Source: Octopus vulgaris
Lineage: Eukaryota
DNA: 64,000 nt
Direction of reading: 5' to 3'
NCBI GenBank assembly: GCA_951406725.2
Contig: OX597831.1
Location: 1,240,001-1,304,000 of the forward strand
The translations under genes and the position numbers were made by a program. Under the pieces are notes generated by a model. It worked only from the letters and a program-made list of their open reading frames with translations. It made no database searches and was not told where the DNA came from. Shown here piece by piece: positions 13,645 to 24,256 of this stretch (the first letter of the stretch is position 1; the number at the start of each line of letters is the position of its first letter).

Positions 13645-13845
13645 TGTTGTTTTGATCCAGGTAAGTCTTGATCAAGCAGATCTATATAGCCAGAGGCATT
13701 CCAGCTGTGACTGACCATCCTGCTTTTTCCCCCCCTATACAAAATGTAACCAGAAATACATTATCCAAATTGCCCTTCCATTTATTCAAACAACAGGGAA
13801 TAATTTGAGAGTGATTAATCTTATTTCTAGCAAGGTCAAGGAGAT
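13645..13845 (+). mobile_element. Dispersed repeat family C (SINE-like)
   Basis: Shared motifs GATCAAGCAGATCTAT..GGCATTCCAGC and ..TATTTCTAGCA. Other copies at ~10440-10590(-), 22120-22630, 31730-31880(-), 36390-36600, 37640-37790, 39820-40020, 53205-53385, 55000-55215(-) and 57935-58115. Confidence 0.7.
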
Positions 13846-14630
13846 TTTGTTGTCTTAAATTGTTTGTAATTTATAGGGTTTGGCATGTGTGACATTTATT
13901 TATTCATTTTAGAAAGAATAAAGAGGTCTTTTTTCCCCTCAGCAAGGGGGAGAAGATATGAAGAAATAAATACAATATTGTTTCTTGTTGCTATAAATAC
14001 AATATTTGTTATTGATTACAAAAAGAGAACAGCAAATTGTATCATGACACAATACAATTACATCTATTCACTGTCCATTTCAGTGATTTTCAAATAATGT
14101 ACTGCAGATTTTGAAAAATGTATAATTTAAGGCTTTAGAAAATCCATAATAATACTTGAGTGTCTTGAAAAACATTTTATTATACACAAGGATAATTAAT
14201 AAACAACCCAAGCAATAATTTTCCACAGATGTAAAAAAAATTTTACTTAAAACAGTTTTTTTAATAACTTTATATTTGAAGTATGCAAGTAAATTTTTTT
14301 TTTTACATTTAATCTCCAATGTGTTACAAAATCAAAAAGATTACGAATCACTGGTCTATTCAACTACTACTAGAAGCAACCTCTACTGAACAAACTAGTT
14401 GCATTCTACCACCACTTACACCCATCTGACACACTCGTCCCTTCATATCTCGGACCTAGTAATAACCACTGAAATCCATATTAATTGAACCTAGTATTAA
14501 GCACTGGAATCCATATTAATCAGTTGGACACCTAACAAACCAGTAGCCTGTAAATATAACAGAAATGTTTGTCTTACAGCAGTGGTTCCCAAGGGGGTTT
14601 GACACTGCCCGATCCCTTACGATATATTAA

Positions 14631-14814
14631 CCCACATATTCTACCTGTTTTTGTTCAAACTAGTCAAATCTGGCCTCTCACACATATCCCACAATGTCAT
14701 TCTAAAAATAACCAATTATATCATTGAAATTTTGAAGCTATGAGATAAGTGATGATTAATTCAAAACAGTGTATATAAATAAGCATTACATTGGACAATC
14801 TCATTGTGATTGGG
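14631..14814. mobile_element. Degenerate piggyBac-like MITE
   Basis: TTAA-CCC ... GGG-TTAA boundaries (14627-14630 and 14815-14818). The TIR beyond CCCA is poor. Confidence 0.5.
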
Positions 14815-15679
14815 TTAAGAACTATGAAGTTGGCAGTGAGTAATACATAAGTTTAAATTTAATTACAGTCAATAGCTGTAATACATAAGATTATAAAGAT
14901 TAAATATTTACAAGACAGGTTGTTTGTGACTGAATAAGAGGTTTTTGGTCTTCCTAATAATCCCCAGGTTCCCCCACTGATTTGTATATATTTACATCTA
15001 TTCTTAGTCTGACTGCCAATCTGCAGCTGGCTCCTGATGAAGTTGCTTATAAAAAGGGTTTTGCTAATACATTAACATTAGAAATAGGCAGAAATAATGC
15101 CTGGCTCATAAACATCTTAATTTGGTTAGGTAATGAGCTTTATTAATGTGCTAAATAGATTTGAGCATCACATATCATATAAATAAAATAGTTATTAATC
15201 CATGCAAGTAGTTGTATAAAGGAAATAAAGGAAGCTGAAAATTTACAGAGAGTGTTTAAGAAGAATCATGGATATTAAATATCAGTATGCTTAACTGGTT
15301 TCACATTTGTTTGATTTTCAAAAGCCTAAGATTTAAGGGACATAGAGATATGTCACAAACTGTATTGTTTACAGCTCCATGTCTCTCAAAACTGACACCT
15401 TTGAAAATCATGCAAATGTGAAAGCAATTAAGTGTATCAATATTAATATAAATAAATCTTCTTATACATTCTCTGTGCATTTTCAACATCTATTTCCTAT
15501 ATATGTATATAGTATGTAAACAATCAGACTTCTGCACCGTTTCTGTCTATCAAATTCCACTCACTAGTTATTGGTCAGCCTAAGGCACTGGCCTAAGTGT
15601 CACATAGTTGGATCAACCTAGAACAACATGGTGATAAAATGATCTTCATAACCAAAAATAGCCACATAAATATACATAC

Positions 15680-15735
<56 letters not shown>

Positions 15736-15795
15736 GTAGGCATACACTTATATACACATATGGCTATTTTTGTAATTATGCATTAATATCCATGC

Positions 15796-16103
15796 ATCAT
15801 CATCATCATCGTTTAGCGTCCACTTTCCATGCTAGCATGAGTTGGACGGTTCAACTGGGGTCTGGGAAGCCAGAAGGCTGCACCAGGCCCAGTTTGTTCT
15901 GGCAATGTTTCTACGGCTGGATGCCCTTCCTAACGCCAACCATACCATGAGTGTAGTGGGTGCTTTTTACGTGCCAGACGAGTCTGGTAAACGGCCATGA
16001 TCGGATGGTGCTTTTTATGTGCCACCGGCACGGGGGCCAGGCGAGGCTGGCAATGGCCACGAATGGATGGTGCTTTTTACGTGCCACCGGCACGGGGGCC
16101 AGC
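15796..16103 (-). mobile_element. RTE 3'-end copy
   Basis: (CAT)n followed by the reverse complement of the RTE 3' UTR. Confidence 0.9.
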
Positions 16104-16340
16104 ACAAGTTCCACTGGGGTGGACATGTCACAAGGTTCACAGACAACAGATGGATCCATGCACTTGTTGAGTGGTATCCAAGAGATCAGAAAAGCCACTC
16201 AGAAGGCCTCAATCATGATGGGAAGTTGATTTAGTTAAACAATTTGGGAAGAGATAGAAAAGAAGAGCAATACCATACCATCAAAGAATTGATAGCACAT
16301 TCTGACCAGCAATGAATAACTGATCTCATTGATACAGTGA
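16104..16340 (+). mobile_element. Fragment of a different RTE-clade LINE (C-terminus)
   Basis: Translates KFHWGGHVTRFTDNRWIHALVEWYPRDQK, matching the W.GHV.R..D.RW....W.PR pattern of RTE C-termini. Confidence 0.8.
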
Positions 16341-16444
16341 TATAGTATGTTTATGTAAATATATTAACTGCATATACATTGTTGCTTGAAAGTATACTTA
16401 GATTAGTATGTATGTGTGTGTGTGTGGTGTATGTGTGTGAATAT

Positions 16445-16650
16445 AGGGACACAATGGAGATGGAGAAAGACAACTTGGTAAAGAAGTGCCAAATAAGTCA
16501 AGTGAAAGGAACCTCTAGAAGAAGGAAACTGAAGAAAACATGGGAAGAAGCACAGGGAAGCTGAATCTCACAAAAGAGATTTCAAAGGACTGTAACTGGT
16601 GGCAAGACATTATGGTAGGAAAAAAAACCTATCCAACCCAAGCAAAAACT
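16445..16650 (+). mobile_element. Old RTE C-terminal fragment
   Basis: MEKDNLVKKCQISQVKGTSRRRKLKKTWEE aligns with MDEDSCVKKCHTLAVEGTCGRGRPRKTWDE of the full RTE. Confidence 0.75.
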
Positions 16651-16695
16651 ATGTTGCTGATACATGTATATACACACATGCATATGTATATATAC

Positions 16696-17264
16696 AAATT
16701 TTTGGTAGTAATGACTTATGTCCCTCTTAGTGTGAGGCTTTTATGTGTAATAATGCCCTCTATATAATATAAATTAATATGTTCAAAAGAAAAAAAAAAA
16801 TTATTTTCGAATTTTTCTCTTATGAGGTTTTTCACGTTAACTACCTGATAATTTCTTGTTAAGATTCCTTATTAAGAAGTTATCCTTAATTGTTAAATTT
16901 ATTCCGAAAAAACTTTTCCTACCCGAAATGCAGTTCGAAAAAGCCCGCCATTTACCGATTATATGATTTATAAACATCTCCATGTGCTTCGTCGGAGAGA
17001 GCAGTTGCCTGTTCGACTTCGACGGTGTTGGTCGTTTACTTATGGTGTGTTCAGAATCAGTTCTACCGATGAGCATAGACGCATTTTTTATGCGGTAAGT
17101 GCGAAATCACAGGTGATATAGGACTAAATTTATTTTTTAAATGTCTTGCTTTGAAAAACTGCATTGGGTATGATTAGTGAAATTTTTGGTAGTAATGACT
17201 TATGTCCCTCTTATTGTGAGGCATTTATGTGTAATAATGCCCTCTATATAATATAAATTAATAT
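16696..17264 (+). mobile_element. Retrozyme-like element: 484-bp unit with 85-bp terminal direct repeat
   Basis: 16696-16780 and 17180-17264 are identical except for 2 bases. The interior is CpG-rich, contains a hammerhead fold and has no meaningful ORF. Confidence 0.7.
17059..17125 (+). ncRNA. Type I hammerhead ribozyme (U4C core variant)
   Basis: Stem I AGTTCTA/TAGGACT; core CCGATGA; stem II GCAT/GTGC capped by CGCAT-TTTTT-ATGCG; GAAA; stem III TCA-CAGG-TGA; TA, with predicted cleavage after 17118. Confidence 0.75.
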
Positions 17265-17339
17265 ATATATTGGGTCATCCCATAAATAATAATGCGATTT
17301 TTTTCAATCACACTAACTAAAAGTTGGAGGTGAACTATT

Positions 17340-17498
17340 GGCGATTTTTTCTTCCATCTTCCTTTTCTATCGGACTTTCCTCTGCTCGAAACATTAAACC
17401 AGCTTTTTTTCCTTCCCTGAGCGTTTGCTAATACTTTACATGTACCACGTCCTCAAGTTTTCTCTTTTGTGTTTGTTCTTCGTTTTTTTTTTTTTATT

Positions 17499-17502
<4 letters not shown>
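17340..17502 (+). mobile_element. Penelope-pLTR-like short repeat (deleted relative of 34365-34526)
   Basis: Shares GCTCGAAAC.TTAAACC..CCTGAGCGT..AATACT..CCACGTCCTC with 34419-34485 and ends in (TA)n. Confidence 0.6.
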
Positions 17503-17530
<28 letters not shown>

Positions 17531-17534
<4 letters not shown>

Positions 17535-19620
17535 TTCTGGTTTCGTTGTGGAAAGATGTGCTTTTTGTGCTCCAGAAACAACCAAGAGGGATTCCCTAAT
17601 ATACTACATGAAAGTCAGTGATGCAAGCCAGAGTTATCCTCAAAGAAAGCACATGGTGATAAATCATACTTTCATTTGTAACCGCGTGTAAGAAGAAAAA
17701 AAATTTCTTTTCAGAAAGAAAACTTCTCTGTACAAGAACAAGGATTGGAATTTTACCTCTTGCGAATAAATATCCTACTCATTTTGTTTATTTTCTTTTA
17801 TCTTTGGTAATACTGGAAGAAAATTTGAGTTGAAACTTATTGCTTGTTTACATTCTGAGAATTTACGGTTGCGAATTCGTTACGAAACTTTTTTTCTCTA
17901 TCACTATAGTTTTTCATTCAACTTTTCTTACAGTGACCTCTTTGTTTTACATTTTATTTGAAAACTAGAATTCATTACGAAACCCCTTTCTTTTCACTAT
18001 CCGTTTTTTCACTTTATCCTTTTTACAGCACCCGTCCAGATTAATAAATTTTGTTTTTCATTACCTGTTCCCCCTCTCACTTTCATACCTACCTCTTCCT
18101 CTCTCCTTCCCTTACATATCTTCCTCCCTTTCTCGTTTCTTTCTCCTTCCCTTTATCTCTCTTTACACCTACCTCTCTCCCTCTCTCTTCCATATGTTCC
18201 TCGTTTTCTCAACACTCTCCTTCATTCTGTCTCTCCTTCCCTTTCATATCTTCCTCCTTTCGCTTTCCCTTCCTTTGTCTCTCTCTACATCTACCTCTCC
18301 TTCTCACCCTCTCCCTCATATATTTCTCATTCCATCTCTCCCTTTCCCCTCCTCTACCTCCCTCTGTCTTGCTATCACCCACACACTCTTTCACTTTCTT
18401 CATATCACCCACTCTCTTTCCTTCATATCTCCCACTCTCTTTCCCTGTCCCCCCTGGCTTCCTTCTTCTCTACCTCCCTCTGTCTCTCTCACTTCCTCTC
18501 TATCCTCTCCTCCTCCTCTGGGCTTAAAAAACAAAGATGGCACCAAAGTGGGAGAGCAAAAAATTGAATCTTTTGTTGCAAGCATGGACGATTGCTTGCG
18601 CGAACTGCTAAATAATATCATTACTGCTGCACTGAAGAACAATGGCTTCTGTAGAACCATTGATCAGATTGAGCAGAAGAAAAATGAATTCACCTGATCC
18701 TATGCCCTTATCAGACCACACAATGACACTCTTGATGTCATCGTGGAAAACTACTGTGGCAAGGCCGACAAGGATAGGGAAAACGAAACAAAAACCAAAA
18801 GTCTCTTTGATCCAGTGGTTCTTCAAAAGAATGGATCCCCCCACCGCTGTGAATGACCAGGTTGATAAGGATAGGGAAGCTAAGGAAGCAGCAACCAGAA
18901 GCTCCTCTGTGCCAGTGGTCCTACACAGGAATGGACTCCTCACCCCATTGGACAACCAGAGGAATGCAAATGCTACCAGAAGAAAAGGAAGGACAGAACA
19001 GGAGCACAATCATAAAGAAGGGGAGAAAAAGGAAAATGAAATAAGTAAAGCCGAAACCCCAAATCACCAAACAAAAAACAGAAAACTCAAGTATGGAGGC
19101 TCCAATGGAATCCAAAACCCTAGAAGAGAAAAGAAATTTGGAGTGGCCTCAAAGACCTGCAAATTTTACCTGCAAGGGAAGACAGCAAAAACTGCTGGTT
19201 TGCTCACCTGAGACCCCGCCAAAACTACAGGGGCCTTAAGGAGAAAAATTTGCCTGAGAAAAGACAAAAATCATCCCAAAGGAAAAAATATAGAAAAGAA
19301 GTGCGCTTTTCAAAGGTTATGCACAAGGCAGCTGGCACAAACAAGGAACCTTGTCCACCACTGTGCAAGATCACCACAGTCAACAGACACGGGATGGCCT
19401 CCCCTAATACCTGCTCAGTTGTCATGCCAATATTTTTACTAAATATTGGGGGCCTGTTGCATCATAACAAAAGCAAATTTTTTTTTTTCCTGAGAGACCT
19501 TGCTGCATGCAATCAAGCCCTATGCATAGCACTCATGGAAACTCACCTCAGCTCTGATATAGAGGATGCAGAAGTACAGGTACCAAAATATGCCATACTG
19601 CAAAAAGAAAAGAGATAGAG
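17531..19620 (+). mobile_element. 5' part of a CR1/jockey-group LINE (5' UTR, broken ORF1, start of APE)
   Basis: Pyrimidine-rich leader, then ORF1-like coding from ~18537 with a CCCH-like remnant TCKFYLQGK. Then LLNIGGL..K..L..IALMETHLSSDIEDAEVQVPKY (19423-19618), the APE N-terminal motifs. The 5' boundary is uncertain. Confidence 0.7.
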
Positions 19621-20050
19621 ACTGAGAGAGAGGTACAAGAGAGCGGCCAGAAACAAGTGTGTTGATGTAAAGGTGATGCTTGGTTACCTAGTCAGAGGTA
19701 AAACAAGAGAAGGAGAAAGAGCGAGTGACCAAAGGGAAAGAGAGAGAGAGGAAGAGAGTAGGAAATAGCAAAAGTTGAAGAGAGAACAGAAGAGAGATGA
19801 TGTAGTGCTAAGGTATACTCATAAGTAACAAAAATATGAGCATAGAACCTGGTTGGAAAAATAGGGTGTGGATGTGGATGTTGGGGGTGTAGGGAGCAGT
19901 GATACAGTGAGCACAGCAGTGAGTGCAAGAAATAATTTTATGAAGAGGAAATGTGAGTAAGAGAAAAATGCAGTTGGAAGAGGAGTTGTAGTTCGATTTC
20001 TTGGAGAGGAGAGGGTGAAAAGTGTGTTGTTATATGTAGGTGGGACACAA

Positions 20051-20090
<40 letters not shown>

Positions 20091-20355
20091 TTAAATGCAT
20101 GCAGGTGTGTGTTTCACTGAAATTCAATATTGCATGCATATATACATATCTTAATATTTGAATACAAGGGTCCATATGGACAGATGTGTGTATATGTATG
20201 CAGATGCATGTGTGCACATGAGTTACATGCATTCAAAGAGTATATTATAATCATTCTTTCATGTTCATTTTCCCATGCTATCATACATATATATATATAT
20301 CCGTGTGTGTGTGTGTGTGTAAATTGTTTATATTGCACATTTATACATGTGCATG

Positions 20356-20398
<43 letters not shown>

Positions 20399-20810
20399 TT
20401 ATATTATACACACCTACAACCACTCACACATGCTGCTGCATATGCACAACCACATATATATAAAAGTGTATCAATACATCCATCCACACACACACACATG
20501 ATTGCATGTGTATAAGCTTGTATTTAAGAACAATAGTAAATTTGATTAAGTTGAAAAACATTAAAAGAATTTCCATTAATTTCCAAAAGATTTCAGAAAC
20601 TGAAGTAGAACAAAAACAAAATAATATAAAATATATATATATATAAAAAAGATAAATCGCTTCTAATGGAAGAAAATAAAACACAAATCCAGTTTTCAGT
20701 TTATTGGAAATGGCAGAAGACAAAAACAAATGTTTTATAAGTAGAAAAAAAATAGAAAAGAAACGGAAAAAAGATCTAACTAAACAATCAGTGATTAGCA
20801 ATGAATGGGT

Positions 20811-20844
20811 TTGCTTTATTTTTCAACTGTTCCTTTAGGTAAGT
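20811..20844 (+). promoter_or_regulatory. Candidate recursive splice site (acceptor abutting donor)
   Basis: TTGCTTTATTTTTCAACTGTTCCTTTAG|GTAAGT in unique sequence. Confidence 0.5.
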
Positions 20845-21188
20845 CAGTTAAAACAATGGTCATTCATTATATGTATACATTATGGTTAATAGGTAAATAT
20901 TATGAATGCTGGGATGAAATATTATGAATGCTGGGATGTATTTTGTCATGCCTGTGTGTGTGCACATATGAAGATATAGGCATATACGGCATTGTGAGGT
21001 AAAAGTAAATATGATATTTTGGTGAGGTATGTAAGAGACAATGTGGGCAAATATAAATGCAATTTATGTCACATACAAATATAAAATGATGGTATATTCA
21101 TTAAGAGGTGACATAATAACATTTGGTCTGTTCATTCATTCATTTTTATATCAATTTTCCCATGTTTGCATGAGTTAGAAGATATTGG

Positions 21189-21412
21189 GTTCAGATTTTG
21201 ACACAAGGCCAGCAGTTTCAGGGGGAGGGGTTTAGTTGATTAAAAGTGGTACTCATTTTACCAACCCTGACCTCAGAGGAATTTGAACTCAGAACATAAG
21301 GATAGACAAAATGCTGACCTCAGAGGAATTTGAACTCAGAACATAAGGATAGACAAAATGCCATTAAGCATTTTTTCCAGTGTGCTAACGATTCTGCCAG
21401 CTTGCTGCCTTA
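21189..21412 (-). mobile_element. SINE family A with an internal ~47-bp tandem duplication
   Basis: CTGACCTCAGAGGAATTTGAACTCAGAACATAAGGATAGACAAAATG occurs twice in tandem. Confidence 0.8.
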
Positions 21413-22197
21413 GAGTTAGATGAAGATATTATTGAGGCTTTGTTTTACAACTGAATGTGCTTTCTGTCACTAACCTTTACTTGTTTAGATATTACAGGCA
21501 AAAATACAATGTTGGTGCATCTGGAGAGAAAGTAGGCAATATTGATGAGATATCAATGTATTACAGGCAAATATAGCATGCTGGTGTATGCATAAAGAAA
21601 GTGGGCAATAAAGTGGGATGATGTAGAGACTGCTAGCGAATATGACATGGAGGTAGATTAGATATTGTGGATAAATATTAAAGGATTTGTGAAACAAAGA
21701 CATTTCTTGTATGATTGTCTCAACATTTTTCAATCACAGTGTACAAAGGACAACATAATTCAATGTAGCCATTCTTTTTTAAGATTGTAAAGGTGAGATT
21801 TGTAAGTGATAGAGACCTTTCTTGTTGATTCAGATATAGCATATTTCACCACTGTAAGCACTGGAGAATCATCAAGTGATCTGTTGACTTGAATGATTTT
21901 AAATTATTTGTGTGTGTTTATTTGTTTGTGTAACCATGCATGCCTGAGTAGTGTGCATATACAAAAATTTGTGTATACAGAGGTGTGTGAAATAAACTAG
22001 CATTATGTCAAAAAGGCAGGTTTATTTCATGGTCACTTTGTGACTAGAATAGCATGCATGACAAACCTTGCAATTGAGAAGAGGTTATGTTCTTACTTAG
22101 CACAGAAATAACTTATGGTTTGTTGTTGTTGAAACCTCAGCATTCCAGACATAATCCACTTGTCTTTTTACTTATCCAAAGTAACATTGTCCAATGT

Positions 22198-22515
22198 AGT
22201 TCTATATTTAAGAGATGATGAATTATGTACATCATTTACACTATGTCATATGCCTTGGACATATGGTGTAGAGGTTAAGAGCGCGGGCTACTAACCCTAA
22301 GATTCCGAGTTCGATTCCAAGTAGTGACCTGAACAACAACAATAATAATAATTATTATTATTATAACAACAACATAAAAAAATACCTTAGGAATGAGAAC
22401 CCAAGTTCAAAATTTCCCCAAGACACCTGATGAAGGCTGGAGGGCATATCAGCCAAAACGTTGTGTTTAACAACAAACAAGATGAGGACGAATATCCATC
22501 AAATGTAAATAACGT
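22198..22515 (+). mobile_element. tRNA-headed non-autonomous element with a hammerhead-like motif and 12-bp TSD
   Basis: TSD ATTGTCCAATGT at 22186-22197 and 22516-22527. A box TGGTGTAGAGGTT (22264), B box GTTCGATTCC (22309), (AAC/AAT)n spacer, hammerhead-like motif at 22422-22467. Confidence 0.8.
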
Positions 22516-23438
22516 ATTGTCCAATGTGTTTTTACCTTATTTTAAAAAAATAGGGAGTGATGTGAGGGAGATTTGGCTGTATTTTCTAGCAGGTTTAACA
22601 ACAGCACAGAAGCTTACTTTTTGGCTTGTGGTTATGAAGGAAAGGGTGAAAAACTTTTCGATTACATTGATTACAACCTCCTTTTAAGAGAAAGAAATAC
22701 CAAAATATTAATAAGAAAAACTTACAAAAATATTTCTCTGCTAAATCAATTCCTCTTCCTACCACCATGCCCCCCATACATACCTTGAACGCAAAATCAG
22801 ACACCCATTCACTATACATTATACACACTCATTACACCCACATGAATTCAATTAAACAAACTATTCAGTTAAAAACTCTCGAAAAATCACCCAATCTTCC
22901 AATCAATTGTAAAACAACAGTGGATCAAATAGAATCGAAATTAATATTTTTGTTTGTGGATTATAGAAAGTTCTGAACTATAAACAGAAAGATGGAACAC
23001 CAAAATTAGAACACATAAAATCTTTAATCCTCCATGAAGTTAATGCAATGTTCTTGGTGTTTCATTAGGAGACGTGCTGTTGAGATGACGTAGAGGCATA
23101 GGTATAGGGGAAGAGATGTATGACATGGCGTGTCTGTGTAAAAGCATGTATGCTTATGCCTATGTGTCCACAGGTGAGTGAATTATAGATGCAGGTGCAT
23201 GTACAAGTAAGGCTAAGTCTAGTTGTATATACATGTTTCATGGTGTGTATTTGTGAATGTGAGTTTCATGTATATTGCAAATGAGCATGCCTATATAAAT
23301 CTGTGCATAGACAAGTGAGTTTATATATATATGTGTGAGAGGGGTTGTATGTAGAGTACTTTTCTATGTATAAGAGTAATATCAAATGTAATTATCTCTG
23401 AGGACAGGTGCATGTACAGGTGTATAAATATGATTAAG

Positions 23439-23472
<34 letters not shown>

Positions 23473-23527
23473 CATACATATATAGGTAAATATTTATGTG
23501 TTGGGTATGTTCGTTGCAGTAGGCCAA

Positions 23528-23725
23528 TGAAGCACATTCACTGCCTATGGCTACCTGATATCATCCAAGATATTTATATAATTGTCACTGATTCTACCTT
23601 GGGAATTCTTCAGTGTACGTTGAGCATATAACAAATGACAGAGACGGCAAAGGGAAAACATGAGAAACGTTGTGAGCAATAAAGTTTCTCGTATATTCCA
23701 TTTTCCATCTCTATCATTTGTTATA
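23528..23725. mobile_element. Partial fold-back (inverted pLTR-like) repeat, same family as 30860-31118
   Basis: 23528-23668 is a diverged reverse complement of 30975-31118. 23676-23725 is a direct match to 30969-31020. Confidence 0.7.
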
Positions 23726-23739
23726 TATATATATATGAA

Positions 23740-23993
23740 TAGCCTCGCCTGGCCCCCGTGCCGGTGGCACATAAAAAGCACCATCCGATCGTGGCCATTT
23801 GCCAGACTCGTCTGGCACGTAAAAAGCACCCACTACACTCATGGAGTGGTTGGCGTTAGGAAGGGCATCCAGCCATAGAAACATTGCCAGATCAGACTGG
23901 GCCTGGTGCAGCCTTCTGGCTTCCCAGACCCCAGTTGAACCATCCAACCCATGCTAGCATGGAAAGCGGATGCTAAACGATGATGATGATGAT
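23740..23993 (+). mobile_element. RTE 3'-end copy inserted in a TA microsatellite
   Basis: Near-identical to the RTE 3' UTR, with a (GAT)n tail. Confidence 0.9.
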
Positions 23994-24256
23994 ATGTATG
24001 TATATATATGTATATATATATATATGTATATATATGTGTATATATATATGTGTGTGTGTATATATATCTATATACATGCATACATACATATATATACATA
24101 TAAAGCTGCAAAAACATCACCAAAATATCACAGAAAATGCTACTCAGAGTTTCATGCTCCCATTCGTTGGACAGTCGTGATTAAGAATGGGACAAGAATT
24201 AAGATTATATATATAAATATACGACTACCTTCTTTCTCTACGACTACCTTCTTTCT

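Noticed and set aside
13645-13666. TTTTGATCCAG|GTAAGT as another recursive splice site
   Set aside because: It lies inside a family C repeat whose other copies read CCAGGTCA or similar, and the pyrimidine tract is short. The site at 52536 (TTTAG|GTAAAC) also has a weak donor.
16911-17000. Possible second, antisense hammerhead in the 484-bp unit (CCGACGA on the minus strand)
   Set aside because: No GAAA follows the candidate stem II, and there is no stem I/III closure.
22030-22050. Partial similarity to miR-153 on the minus strand
   Set aside because: The seed does not match and there is no precursor-length hairpin, only a GTCAC-TTT-GTGAC micro-stem.
22257-22325. Functional tRNA gene
   Set aside because: The acceptor stem and anticodon stem are incomplete, and the sequence is the head of a TSD-flanked repeat.
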